This document shows, one piece after another, positions 12,216 to 27,494 of a stretch of 64,000 nt of DNA. Source of the DNA: Octopus vulgaris (Eukaryota); contig OX597820.1 of the NCBI GenBank assembly GCA_951406725.2, forward strand, positions 88,784,001 through 88,848,000. Direction: 5' to 3'. The translations under genes and the position numbers were made by a program. The notes below the pieces were generated by a model. That model did not search any database, had not been told where the DNA came from, and saw nothing but the letters and a program-made list of their open reading frames with translations. Position 1 is the first letter of the stretch, and every line of letters begins with the position of its first letter.

Positions 12216-12531
12216 AAAGAACGACTTCAAAGTTAGCCCTACCTGGGACGAAAACAAGAATACAACAGGTTTAGTAACGTTGATGATGGTAGCACTGACA
12301 AACCCAGCACCGACAGCAACACCATCCATGATGGAGACAAAATTCAGCATGTGATGTAGTGTGTGTGTGTGTGTGTGTGTTAACTCGAAATTGATGTAAA
12401 TACTAAAGACCGCAAGGCATTTAGTCTAGTCATCTAATAATTCAGTCGTTTATCTTCTCCCCACCCCAGTTTTATTTCAACAACTTTTTGCAAAATCACC
12501 TTTCAATAAAATTAAGATTCCATAGTGAACA

Positions 12532-12935
12532 CAGGAGTGGCTGTGTGGTAAGTAGCTTGCTAACCAACCACATGGTTCCGGGTTCAGTCCCACTGCGTGG
12601 CATCTTGGGCAAGTGTCTTCTGCTATAGCCCCGGGCCGACCAATGCCTTGTGGGTGGATTTGGTAGACGGAAACTGAAAGAAGCCTGTCATATATATGTA
12701 TATATATATAAGTGTGTGTGTATATGTTTGTGTGTCTGTTTGTCCCCCTAGCATTGCTTGACAACCGATGCTGGTGTGTTTACGTCCCCGTCACTTAGCG
12801 GTTCGGCAAAAGAGACCGATAGAATAAGTACTGGGCTTACAAAGAATAAGTCCCGGGGTCGATTTGCTCGATTAAAGGCGGTGCTCCAGCATGGCCGCAG
12901 TCAAATGACTGAAACAAGTAAAAGAATAAAGAGAG
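12532..12935 (+). mobile_element. SINE family B, full length (tRNA head, CORE-like segment, internal TA/TG microsatellite)
   Basis: A box tggctgtgtgg, B box ggttcagtccc, ttgggcaagtgtctt; near-identical to 23682-24095 and 41391-41807. Confidence 0.9.
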
Positions 12936-13136
12936 TAACATGATGAAAATGTGTGTGTGTGTGCATGTGCGCGCGTCTGCGTAGACATACAGACACACAC
13001 ACACACATATACTCCTACACGCATGTACACACAATTGATAACAAGACATAGAGTACAATAAATCAAAATGAAGTATTTTCACCGACAGTGCTCAGCAAAT
13101 GTTCAGGTAAATTACGCATTGCTATTTGGGGGCCAC

Positions 13137-13405
13137 GTGGAGGCGCGTGGCTTAGTGGTTAGGCTGTCTGCATTATGATCGTAAGATTGTGGTTTCGATT
13201 CCTGGATCGGGCGACGCGTTGTGACGCGTTGTGTTCTTGAGCAAAACACTTCATTTCACGTTGCTCCAGTCCACTCAGCTGGCAAAAATGAGTAACGCTG
13301 AGATGGACTGGCGTCGCGTCCAACTGGGGAACACATACGCCATTGAAACCGGGAAACCGGGCCCAAGAGCCTGACTAGGCTTTAAAAGAGCGCATTTATT
13401 TATTA
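13137..13405 (+). mobile_element. SINE family D, full length
   Basis: A box tggcttagtgg, B box gtttcgattcc, gatggactggcgtc domain, (ATTT) tail; TSD tatttgggggccac / ta..tttggagccac; sister copy 35515-35762. Confidence 0.85.
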
Positions 13406-13409
13406 TTTA

Positions 13410-13780
13410 CTAGCAGTATCGCCCGGCGTTGCTCGGGTTTGTAAGGGAAATAACTATAAAGCATTTTTAGAGAGTTATAGCCAAAAAATAGCAAAAAAAT
13501 GCATTAAAAATGGAAAAAATATGATATCGTTGACTCATCGTAGACATTTTTAGAGAGTTACTTCACTTTAAAAAATATGCATTAAAATGGAAAAAATGAT
13601 GGTAAATTATTTTTAAAATCGTAGACTCATCGTAGACGCGCGCTAATACCCAGAAGGGCTCGATATGAATCACGACTATAAGATACCCGGTTTTGGTTAA
13701 ACTGCACCGCAAAATGTGGGAGTAGTTAGGAATCTAAATCGGAGTAGACAGACACACAACCTTACTTTTATATATAAAGA
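13410..13780 (-). mobile_element. Non-autonomous Helitron, second copy
   Basis: Same TC start and hairpin-CTAG end as 7263-7662, with internal rearrangement. Confidence 0.85.
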
Positions 13781-14559
13781 TTTGGAGCCACAATATTACT
13801 TTGAATCAGTGAAAAAAAATAGTCCCCCCACCAAAAAAAAAAAAACATATCGAATTAACCGCTGATACACGATGTAAAAGAAAACAATCATGATGTTACC
13901 TAGTAGCAAGTTTCTACAACACGTTTCGAGCACTGTATCTCTCATCAAGTGGTTTATAAAGAGACAATCTTTCAGTAACCAATTATAGTGACGTACGTGT
14001 TTAGATATGCAACTTCCCAGAACGGACTGATATACCGAAAAACTTTTATATCCAACCGGGTGAAACCACCTGGCGAGGACAAAATCAACTCCAGAGTAGC
14101 GCTTGCGTGTGTGTGTGTGTGAACTCAAATTGATGTAATTACAAAAGACTGCGCGGCATTTAGTCCAACCGTCTAATAATTCTGCCGTTTATCTTTTCCC
14201 CGAGTTATATTTTAGCAATATTTTGCAAAATAACCTTTCAATAAAACTAAAATTCTTGGAACCATGTGGTTGGGAAGCAAACTTCTTACCACACAGCCAT
14301 TCCTTATTTCAGATTTCCTATCATATATTTTCAGAGAACAAAAGAAGGAATGACCAAGTTGATTGAGAGGGATGAAAGCGGTGGTTGATGGATTATGGCC
14401 TGTGACTGCCGTCTTCTCTGACACTAAGATATCAGGATTTCTGCAATACTTAATTCTGAAATGGCCCGACCATATCAAGGAGGAACAATTCTCCACTTTA
14501 AACTACCTATCAAGGGAGCCTCTGTGTGGAACTAACAACCAAATCTTCACTCTCATTAC

Positions 14560-15110
14560 ATTCTTCCTCCTTTGCACCATCGAATCAACAAACACTCACT
14601 TGGAACTTCCAGGACAATTGCTATATGTCTGTCATTGAATTTTCACAGGAGATTTTCAAAGGTGATTGTCTTTGATGTGCGAGTATTTTTTCACCAGAAG
14701 CGCGTTCAGCAAGATACAGACACCTGTCTAAGTGCTCATAACGTGAAAAGCTTAAATAAACACCGCGAGGCAATTCAATCAATCATCCACCTTCGATTAG
14801 TACGTTTATTACACTCTACCATTTTTTTTTAAAGAATAAGGACCCATAGAATATTGTAATAGTAGACGCATTATGCTGGGAGAAAATATTGAGATTCCTT
14901 GCTGGGTCGTCTTTGACCTTAGCTGGGTCTGCAGGGATGGTCTAGGGTTAAGTAACAGGAATAGCAACAACAGAAGCACAGTAAAAGAAAAAAAAACAGA
15001 CGAATGTGTTGTAAGTTTCTGAAAGTGATTTAAACTTCTCATGCGTTCTATCTTCAAAAGAGATAGGAAGCTCAGTTTTGGTGGTGTCTAAGTGAACCAA
15101 CGGATTGTAG
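14560..15110 (-). mobile_element. Highly decayed CR1/L2-like LINE 3' region
   Basis: Fragments LDTTKTEL and SIFSPSIMRLLLQY loosely resemble post-RT regions of CR1-type ORF2. Confidence 0.35.
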
Positions 15111-15711
15111 AATTTACCATATCAGAGATCATAACCTGGTCTCTCTAAATATTTTTCAAAATACATAGAAGCTATAGTTTCATAAAATCAATAGAGTATC
15201 CGACAAAATGGCAAAATTGGTAGAATCAAAATGAAGGAATCAGTAAACGGTCGGAAAAATGACTTGTAGCGTTTAACAACTCTCCTTACGTTCGTCATAA
15301 CTTGCTAAATAACTATTACACTATAATAAAGAAAGCTACTTGATTAATTAGTTATGAGTATGTAACTTTCACTGAAAGAAAGCAAAGTGTACGGTGTCGA
15401 GAAAATTCTTAAAAATTCCAATTTAAATATGTATTTTTTGTAAGATTTCAACGACGCAATTCAATCGGAAAACTAATTTTAATTCAGTGCGAAATAAGCA
15501 GCTCTTTTTAGCATCTTGCTTCCTCCCCTCTCTCACCGTCTCTTTGCATCTCTTCTTTGTTTACCACTTTCATTCCTGAAAGTTTTCCTCTTTCGCTATC
15601 TTTATAACTTATCCTCATCCTTTTTTTTTTATCTCAATATCTTACTCCCTTCCACTTTTTTTTCTCTTCGCCTTTCCTCACATAGTCTGTTTCAATTTCT
15701 TTCCTTGTAAC

Positions 15712-15764
<53 letters not shown>

Positions 15765-16340
15765 CCTTTCTCTCTCCCTTGGTCGCTCTCTGCCGCCTCT
15801 ATTCAATTGTTCTCATTAAAAATAAGTGATTATAAAGCTTTTCTTTGAAATACTTAGAGAATATTTGTAACAAAAAGTTTGTCCTGTATCTATTTATCAT
15901 ATCAAAATTACATAGAATTTTTTCATTTCAAGCTTCCTTCCGTTATACACAAATGTGTAAACCATGATCCTGTGAACAATGAAAGCTTTGGGTTATTTTC
16001 CGCGAATATGTCGACTTATTTATCGGTAGATAATATATTGATTACGTTTAACACGTATAAGAAATTGTACCTATAAGAGTGGCCCGGCTACCAAATGAGA
16101 CCATTGTGAAGATCTTTACACCATCTTCTATGACAGGAGAGTGCAATAAGTTTTAATTTGTCTGGTGGTTTTGGCGAAAGAAGTTACATGGCGGACAAAA
16201 TGAAAAGGCTGAAGACAGTTACCTTTGACCAAGCCATCATCAAATTTTTCAAGATACACTTGAATAGGAAACTAAGAGTGAAAAGGAAAGTGCTGCTTCA
16301 CAGCAAATTTCTTCAAAGGTAAGCGAATGTGGCAAAGATT

Positions 16341-16915
16341 CAGGGCCGTCGCTAAGCCCCTGCAACCCCTGCGGTCGCAAGGGACCTCCGCAGTTGAGGA
16401 GCCCCATATCAAGGTCAAAGTAAGATGTTGAACAAGAATTAAACTATCTATGTTAAATGAAAATTTCACGAAATAAAATGGTAATACATTGTACCTGCAA
16501 AAGTTCTTGTAAAAATATTACATTGTACCACGAACGTGTACCGGACTTTGCGGATTGTCAATGATATCTAATGAACACGAACTTAGCTCTCAGTTTGATT
16601 ATTCTGACCGGATCGATGATTTCGCGAAGCGAAAAATGCGCCGTGTTTGTCTTTGAAAGTTACCTGGATTATAAAAGTGCTCTTTTATTCATATCTGGAA
16701 GTTTTACTTATTGGAATTTGTAACAGACCTAAATAAATTTAAAGATGTCCTTTAGGATAACGTGAAATATTGAACTTCAGATAGAATAAAGTAAAATATA
16801 ATTAGGAATTACATAGCTCTCAGCTTGAAGGTGCGTAGATAATGAATTTTGAATGAAGGGATGGGGCCTCGAAACAAAGTTGCAGGGAGCCTCTAAATGT
16901 CACGCGACGGAGTTG
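16341..16915 (+). mobile_element. Non-autonomous hAT element
   Basis: TIRs cagggccgtcgc / gcgacggagttg; 8-bp TSD caaagatt / caaggatg; remnant LSMISNEHELSSQFDYSDRIDDFAKRKMRRV (hAT C-terminus). Confidence 0.8.
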
Positions 16916-17075
16916 CAAGGATGGCACGAGTTCGAATCTTTTGTTTCTTTGTTTTTATTATTGAACTGTTTACACGCTGTTTTGTGTTACGCTCTAAAGT
17001 CCTGTACCGTCCTATACCGTCCTCGACCTTTTTTCGAGTCCCCAGTGGACAATAAAGAAAACATTGGTATTATTA

Positions 17076-17270
17076 AGGCGGCGAGCTAGCAGAATTGTTA
17101 GCACACCGGCGAAAATAGCGGTATTTCGTCCGTCTTTACGATAGGAGTTCAAATTCCGCTGAAGCTGACTTTCAGGGTCTATAAGATAAGTACCAGTTGA
17201 GCACTGAGGTTGACGTAATCGATTTACCCCACTCCCAAAATTGCTGGCCTTGTGTCAAAAACTGAAACCA
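17076..17270 (+). mobile_element. SINE family A, old tail type
   Basis: aaggcggcgagctagcagaattgttagc..gagttcaaattccg..taagtaccagttg..(ATT)n tail. Confidence 0.8.
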
Positions 17271-17326
17271 TTATTATTATTACGATGATGATAATGATCA
17301 TCATCATCATCAATATAATTGTTGTG

Positions 17327-17431
<105 letters not shown>

Positions 17432-17972
17432 GAGTGAGAGAGCAGTGCATGCCTTCAAAGTGACACTGGGGTAAAACATACGAAGCCTAGTATACCCATC
17501 ATGACTACCTGTCTGATAAGGGTACACCAGGCACATGCATCACAACCATATGTGTGCGACATTGTGATCTTGTATCAAGATAAACAGTGTATAACATTAC
17601 AAGTGGAGCCCAGTTAGAACTTTCTTCAGGTCGAGTAGCCCAGCTCGCTCAAATGGTCCCTGAATAAGGGTTGTTTAAGGATGTTGAACGAAACACTCAT
17701 GTTTCCAAAGGGTGAATTATTCAAACCCCAAAGATTCCCTCTCAACACATGGCTACGATGCTCCCTTACTACTTCTGCTCGTGACCAGTGATGCACATAT
17801 CGCCAGCCACTAAGAGACATGCTCAAATGGTTTAAAGTCAAACAACTGACAGGCAAATCTGTGGTTTTGAGCAGAATATTTGCTGTGGCTCATCTCTTAT
17901 ACCAAGATAAAAAAATATACATAACACTTCCAATCAGTTAAGATCAGAAGCCACGAGAGCCACTGCCCGGTA
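17432..17972 (-). mobile_element. Family E element (~540 bp) in trinucleotide repeat
   Basis: Colinear with 28296-28850; flanked by (ATT)n and (ACT)n. Confidence 0.9.
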
Positions 17973-17983
17973 TACTACTACTG

Positions 17984-18046
<63 letters not shown>

Positions 18047-18686
18047 TTATTATTATTATTATTATTATTATCATCGTCATCATCATTATCGTCACCATCA
18101 TTATCACCATCATCATCGCCGTCGTCGTCGTCGTCATCATCATCATTATCATCTTCATCATTAGCAAAATGCTTTGCAGTAATTAATTACATCTCCCCCC
18201 CCGCCCCCCTTTCATTCAAATCCCGTTAAGGTCGACTTACGCTTATTTTCATGCTACCTGAGTCGATAAAATCAGTACCAGTCAATTTTCTGTTGTTGAT
18301 GTAATCGACGCTTTTTTTTCCCCCTCCACAATTAATTAATTTATATCTTTGTGTATCTTTACTAGAAATAATTATAAATCGTTTCCCTTTCATCCCAGCC
18401 TCTCTAAGTCTGTCACCAGTTTGTTGTGTCCACGCCTAAAATTAATTTGTCACCATTTGTTGTCCATACCTCAGTTTTACTCCGGTGTTAACTTTGCCAC
18501 CATCGGTTGTCCACGTTTCTATCTTTAAATCTATCTTTAAATCTATCATCACCTGTTATTCACACTTCGTCATCAATCCAATCAACACCTGTTGTTCACA
18601 TCCCGGTTTCTTTGACAAAACATAATAGCAACAAATAGCCATTTTCAACCACAACAACAACAACAGTAGCATCAAAGTAAATAATA

Positions 18687-19259
<573 letters not shown>

Positions 19260-19356
19260 TAGTAATAATAATAAGGAGGAGGGTGAAAGAGGAATAGGAA
19301 GGGGAGGCGGAGAAAGGGGGAGGAAGGAGAAGGGGAATGGGGAGGAGGAGGAGGAA

Positions 19357-19395
<39 letters not shown>

Positions 19396-19612
19396 GTTTG
19401 TTCTTATATATTAGAGCGACATATGGGTGGTATTAACAAGGCAAGTTACAAAAACGATGGAGAGGCTTTTTACACGAAGTTGTAATCGGGAAAGAATGCA
19501 TGAATGCAAACAAAGGAATAAGCGTATCCAAAAAAGAAAGTGAGGTACCTATTTAGGCCCAAATCAAGGAACTCTATGGACCTCATCGTATCCTAATTAC
19601 CAAGGACAAGTA

Positions 19613-19643
<31 letters not shown>

Positions 19644-20199
19644 AGGTGTGGACCCCCTCAATCTACAATCACATACTTATTGTAGGGTCCACCGAGTTTA
19701 GTTATTCATAGTCGCCCGTATTTGCTACTTTGGAGAAGAGTTACTGAAACATGGCTTTTTTACTTGTTACCTTTATCATCCTCTTCAAACAATAATTATA
19801 GTTTTAACAAAGAATTAAATTGATCTAAAGTATCCTCATCCCCACCCACCACCTAACCATCCGTCGTTTCACTACCCCACCCGGCTCCAATATCCCCTAT
19901 CTCAGCACCCACCACTTCGACACTTAACAACTTAACAACCACCAGTTCAACTCCCCTCCGTATTGCCCCTCCAGCCCCCGCTTTCGACACAATAACACAC
20001 CGACCGGCTCGACACCACCAAGCCAGCCTCGCTCCTCTCGATATCGCCACCGCCCTCAAACTCGCCACCCACCCTTCTTTTCACCACACACAACCACACG
20101 TCACCACCCTCCAAGATTATTATCCACCCCCGCACCACTCCACCACTACCACCACCATCACCTGTATCCGCCATCGCCACCACATTCAGGCTCACCACC

Positions 20200-21035
20200 A
20201 TTCTCAAAGCTCACTACCACCCTCACTAACACCACACACCCACGATCGTCACCCCCACGTCAATGATCGACACCACCAACACCGCCACCACCGCCGCCAC
20301 CACGCTATCTCCGTCATTATCACCTCAGCCATCACACCACTCTCATCACCACCACTACCGCCTATACCACTACCGTTACAATTACCACTAACATCACCAC
20401 CACCATTGCCACCACCGACACCACCATTACCACAACCATCACCACCATTATCACAACCACCACCACCACCACCACAATTTCCACCACTCCCCCAACCGTC
20501 ACCACCATTACCACCACCGACACCACCATTACCACCATCATCACCACCACACCACCATCACCACCACCACCACCACCACCACAATTTCCACCACTTCCCC
20601 TACCGTCACCACCATTGCCACCACCGTCACCACCATTGCCACCACCGACACCACCACCACAATTTCCACCACCACCACCACCACAATTTCCACCACTTCC
20701 CCTACCGTCACCACCATTGCCACCACCACCGACACCACCACCACCACAATTTCCACCACCATCACCACCACCAACACCACCACAATTTCCACCACTACCC
20801 CCCACCGTCACCACCATTGCCACCACCGACACCACCACCACCACAATTTCCACCACCATCACCACCACCAACACCACCACAATTTCCACCACCATTGCCA
20901 CCACCGACCACCACCACCACAATTTCCACCACTACCCCCCACCGTCACGACCATCACCACCACCACCACAATTTCCACCATAACCCCCCCCCCCCCATCG
21001 TCACCACTACCATTACCACTACCACCACCTCCACC
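20200..21035. repeat. (ACC)-derived minisatellite with recurrent acaatttccaccac and ccgtcaccaccattgccaccaccgacacc modules
   Basis: acaatttcca occurs about ten times at irregular spacing. Confidence 0.85.
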
Positions 21036-21420
21036 ACTGTTCATTGTGGAGGTAGAGCTGAACTAAACGCTAAACCTTGTCTCTTGACTGAAAGTGGTTT
21101 AATCACAGAGATACATACATGTCTTGTAGCAAGTGGAATGGAGAAGCGGATAGTAGAGCAGAGAAATGGCATAGGAACAGGGGATTGGAAGAATAAATGA
21201 GCGGTTATTGTGGAGAGAAAGAAGGAAAGAAAAGGAAGAAGGAAGTGAGGAAGGAAGGAATGAAGGAAGGAAGGAAGGACGAAGGAAATACAAACAAAGA
21301 AATAAGATGTTTATTGATAAGCTCACGTGTAACATCTGTTGTAGTTACTGGAGCATTGCGTGTTTATGTTGTAGTGTGTGTGTTTGTGTGGGTTTGTGTT
21401 TGTGTGTTTGCGTATGTGTA

Positions 21421-21471
<51 letters not shown>

Positions 21472-21564
21472 GTGTGTGTGTGTGTGTGTACGTGTGGTTG
21501 TGAGTTATGTATACGGTTGGAGAGTCGGTTGTGACGCTTCGCTAATCACCAGCTGAAGTACATT

Positions 21565-21879
<315 letters not shown>

Positions 21880-22679
21880 TAGTAAGCCATAATCTCAAAA
21901 TATTGATCTCTTTCTCCCCCCCTCTCTCTCTGTCGTCCCACTCACACACATATATGCATGCATAAATATCCGTGTGTATGACTATATTAACTGATATGGG
22001 AGCATGTGTGTGAGTGTGTGTGTGTGTGTATGTGTGTGTGTGTGTGTGTGTGTGCTCGCTTATTAATGAACACTTAAGATTTGTTCAATCCTATTTCTGC
22101 ATACATACTGTGTACATTTGAGAAAAGAAATAATTCATTCATATTCAAGATCTGCAGACGACAATCTATACTTTCAAATTTGCCAAACGCAAATACAAAA
22201 ACAATTACCATATGAACGATATCTCTTGAATATGGCTGTCTTTCTTTCTCACAAAAGTCTGAGCTTATTTCATTTTTTTTTTTTTTTCAACAAAACTAAA
22301 ATACGGTGTCTACATCGTATTTTTAGAATCAGAATATATTGTAACAAAGGCGGTAGAAACGATTATCTTTATAACAAAAATATATGGAACTTCATTTTTA
22401 TGTTTGGTTTTACAACTTCACTTCTGTATTGAGAATATTCAACGTCAATTGCATTTGTTTAAGCTTTGTAAAATACATGGCTAACAGTGTTGTCTTGCAT
22501 AGACTTTTAATGTTATTGTGAATAGGAAAAGCAATATCCATGGTGCTTTACAGGGCATCGGAGACTGGTGAGAGGTAGGGAGGAACAACGTTGTTTTCAA
22601 GCCGGATTCATAGCTTCAATGCTAGTAATTGTAGAGGACTCCTCTATTGAAACCCAAGGTGTCAGTGATATAGAAATGG

Positions 22680-23000
22680 TAAAAGGATAAAGACTCTTTT
22701 CGGTCATTGAATGACCAAGGTATTGCACGTAGAATGTTACCCTCCGAGGCACAAGTGAGCAGAGTTGTTTATGGAAGACTAGCAGTCCGCACATGCATAC
22801 CAGCCTCTGCTGTCCATGTCACAAGCTGATACAGATTGGCAGCAATGACGTCGCAACTCATTTCTGCAGCTAGGTGAACTGGGGCAACATGAAATAAAGT
22901 GTCCTGCTCAAGAACACAACACACAGCCCGGTCCGGGAATCGAACTCAGTATTCCATGATTGTAAGCCCGAAGCTCTAACCACTGAGCCATGTGCCTTCA
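22680..23000 (-). mobile_element. tRNA-headed SINE with D-like head and a different tail
   Basis: Minus strand: gaaggcacatggctcagtggttagagc..gagttcgattcccggaccggg..ttcttgagcaggacactttatttcatgttgccccagttcac. Confidence 0.75.
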
Positions 23001-23363
23001 GTGGTATACCGGGCAACTAATTAAATAGGCCGTGACAGGATTTGAGCTCAGAGCTAAAACAGCTGGACGCAAAAATTTGCAAGGACCAACATTTCTTCTG
23101 TTCCCCACCAATCCACGCTTCTAGATTCTTTCTTTAAATCTTTTAATTTGTTTTCAGTCATTAGACTGCGGTCATGCTGGGGCACCACCTCGAAGAATTT
23201 TTAGTCGAATGAATAGACCCCAGTACTTATTTATTTATGTTTTTAAGCCTGGTACTCATTCTATCGGTTACTTTTCCGAACCGCTAAGTTACGGGTGCAT
23301 AAACACATCAACACCAGTTGTCAAGCGATGGTAGGGCACAAACACAGACACAAAGACGTGCGT

Positions 23364-23396
<33 letters not shown>

Positions 23397-23403
<7 letters not shown>

Positions 23404-24301
23404 AACCCTTGCCATATCGCGGTTCACCTGTCACGCACTCAGTATATCGCAGAATTTTCTGGCTAATATATGTAAATTTATATCGCGGATTCCTCCGTGT
23501 ATCGCGGGTTTCTGCGGCCGATAGTTATTTATATTCTTTTAAATTTTAATTACTTCTGTGGTAAAATAAGCATACTCACACCTAAAAATTAATAAATTAA
23601 CAAATAGGAATAGAGTACAGTACTGCATTGTATAACACATTAATTAAAATATATTAAAAGAAAATACATAAGAAAATACAAGGCGCAGGAGTGGCTGTGT
23701 GGTAATTAGCTTGCTAACCAGCCACATGGTTCCGGGTTCAGTCCCACTGCGTGGCATCTTGGGCAAGTGTCTTCTGCTATAGCCCCGGGCCGACCATTGC
23801 CTTGTGAGTGGATTTGGTAGACGGAAACTGAAAGAAGCCTGTCATATATATGTATATATATATATGTATGTGTGTGTATGTTTGTGTGTCTGTGTTTGTC
23901 CCCCTAGCATTGCTTGACAGCCAATGCTGGTGTGTTTACGTCCCCGTTACTTAGCGGTTCGGCAAAAGAGACCGATAGAATAAGTACTGGGCTTAAAAAG
24001 AATAACTCCCGGGTCGATTTGCTCGACTAAAGGCGGTGCTCCAGCATGGCTGCAGTCAAATGACTGAAACAAGTAAAAGAGAGAGAGAAAGAGAGTCTAA
24101 CGTAGATGAGTAAACAAAGAAACGCACATACTGTATGGAAAACAAAACTCGGGAGGCGAGTGCGTGGTATTGTTTTGCATTTCTAAAAACATAAATTAAT
24201 AAAAGAATATACACAGTACAGTACTGTTTCTACTTCGCGGATTTTCACAATCATGGAATGTTTTGGAACGTAACACCCGCGATAGTCGAGGGATTACTCT
24301 G
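23397..24301. mobile_element. Tigger/pogo-like MITE inside a minus-strand SINE B and itself interrupted by a SINE B
   Basis: TIRs cagagtaaacccttgccatatcgcgg / cccgcgatagtcgagggattactctg followed by TA; host SINE resumes at 24304 (tacgatgggctactttcagt). Confidence 0.8.
23682..24095 (+). mobile_element. SINE family B, full length
   Basis: Near-identical to 12532-12935. Confidence 0.9.
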
Positions 24302-24367
24302 TATACGATGGGCTACTTTCAGTGCTTTTTCACATCCTTATGCTTCGTGTTAATTATGTGTGTGTGT

Positions 24368-24397
<30 letters not shown>

Positions 24398-24402
<5 letters not shown>

Positions 24403-24605
24403 TAATCCAAACAAGAAAACCAAAAAACACAACAACGCAAGGACGTAGAACAAATAAAGTATTATTGGACGCTCAGGAAAGAAGGGAAGAAGGAGGGTTT
24501 AACGTTTCGAGCGGAGCTCTTCGTCGGAAACATAGGAGAAGGAAAAATCCCGAGAAGGGAAGACAGAGGAAAAAAAATCGCCGGTGGTACTCACGAGGTT
24601 ACATA

Positions 24606-24608
<3 letters not shown>
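24398..24608 (-). mobile_element. Penelope-like fragment with minimal hammerhead (24497-24531)
   Basis: gttt-CCGACGA-a-gagc tcc gctc-GAAAC-GTT-aaac; (TA)n on both sides. Confidence 0.65.
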
Positions 24609-24651
<43 letters not shown>

Positions 24652-25471
24652 GGCATTAAAACGTTCGGGCAGATAGACGACACAAAGGCGGACAAGAGAA
24701 ACAACAATTAGAAGGACAGATAAAAAAAAGACGGGTCATTCTTGGCTTTCTTTCATCAGTCAAGTCCCAGAAGTCACGACAATTTCAGGCAGTTACACTT
24801 GAGATGGTTCGATCTTGTTGTCCCCCGAAATGTCTAAGCCAAGAGTATTAGACCCCTTTGTAAAAAAAGCTAGCGAATGTGTACGGTAACAAAAGTAAAA
24901 AAAAAAACAAAAAAAACAAAAAAAAATTAACAAAAAGTGGAGAACATATATGTAATGGGCTTCATATGTTTACACTTTTAAAGTTTCATTCTCAAGTCAG
25001 GTGATTCGGCCACAGTAAGCAATGGTAAAAAAAAAATCAATTGCATAAAGTGCGCGGCCCTGGTATTGAACGTGGAACTGCTTAGTCGCGAATCAAATTT
25101 ATTAAGCACAAAGCCTCATGCATACTCCTTACAATCTCTTTCTCTCCCTCAAATTTTCTCTCTCACCCTCTCTCTCTCCCTCCGACCTCCCTCTCTCTCT
25201 TGATTTTTATCGTTTGCACCTTTATCCATTTATTCTGATTTTACCCTCACCAATATTTCCTTCTCGCTTTTCCACTCCCTCCCCCTCTTTCTCACTGTTC
25301 CATGACATTCCTATCCATTTACATTCTTTCGTTTCCTTATAAAAGGGTCTCTCTGGTGTTTCTTTCATTGTATAAATCTTCCATATTTTTAACACTTCTG
25401 CCTTTTTGTCAAATTTTCCTTGTCATGAATATACTTTTTCCATCATTTGTTTCCCATTGTGGTAACTCTCC

Positions 25472-25502
<31 letters not shown>

Positions 25503-25887
25503 CTTTTTTCATGCCCTCCTCTCTTCCCCATCATACAGCGAAGTTTCCTTTAATGATTCAATCCATCTTCTCTAGATCTGTTTAGTGAAATTCAACTAAA
25601 CACAACAACCAGAACTCGTCATTAATTTAAGATATTCATTGTAGTTCCTCTATTTTTATCGACTTCCATACCACACACAAATGTTTCCAACAAAAACCGT
25701 TATTTCTTATTTTCCCAAACTACAACTGGAATCATCAATATATTTTTTTCTCTTTCTCCCTTGTCGAATACTTCCAATTTAAAGCTTCCATTCCAATTTA
25801 TATCTCACCTGAAATCCTTGTCACTATTATTACTTACGCTATATGTTCATTTCGTTCACAGTCAAGAAATTTGAGATTTCATTCTGT

Positions 25888-26027
<140 letters not shown>

Positions 26028-26119
26028 CAGAAAAAAACTTACTTGGAAATGCATGCGTAGCGTTCAATCATATGAAAATATAAATTATATATATATAAAC
26101 ACACACACACACACACATA

Positions 26120-27095
<976 letters not shown>

Positions 27096-27102
27096 ATATC
27101 TA

Positions 27103-27197
<95 letters not shown>

Positions 27198-27322
27198 TAT
27201 ATTACACACACACACACACACACATACACACAGAAATTTCTCTTCGAACAAAAAAATATCTTCTGGAACTTTTTCTGGCTCTTAAAATTTGAATTCAAAT
27301 CGCGGCGACTTTATTTATTCAT

Positions 27323-27353
<31 letters not shown>

Positions 27354-27494
27354 TTTTTGTCATTCTTCCGGAGCTGAAAAAAATAATGTATCAATCGAGT
27401 ACTGGAACTGGGATCGTGTTAATCGACTCCAATCTATTTCACAAAACATTCTTTCACCTTGAACCTATGTCAGAACCTATTATTATTATGAAGA

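Noticed and set aside
18411-18602. CRISPR-like repeat-spacer array
   Set aside because: Repeats are too degenerate, spacing is irregular, there are no cas genes and the context is eukaryotic.
19648-19693. Hairpin gtggacc..ctacaat..attgtag ggtccac as a pre-miRNA
   Set aside because: Two 7-bp stems separated by an 8-nt bulge; too short and irregular.
20406-21200. Pro/His-rich extensin-like ORF
   Set aside because: ACC-derived minisatellite whose peptide pattern changes frame repeatedly.
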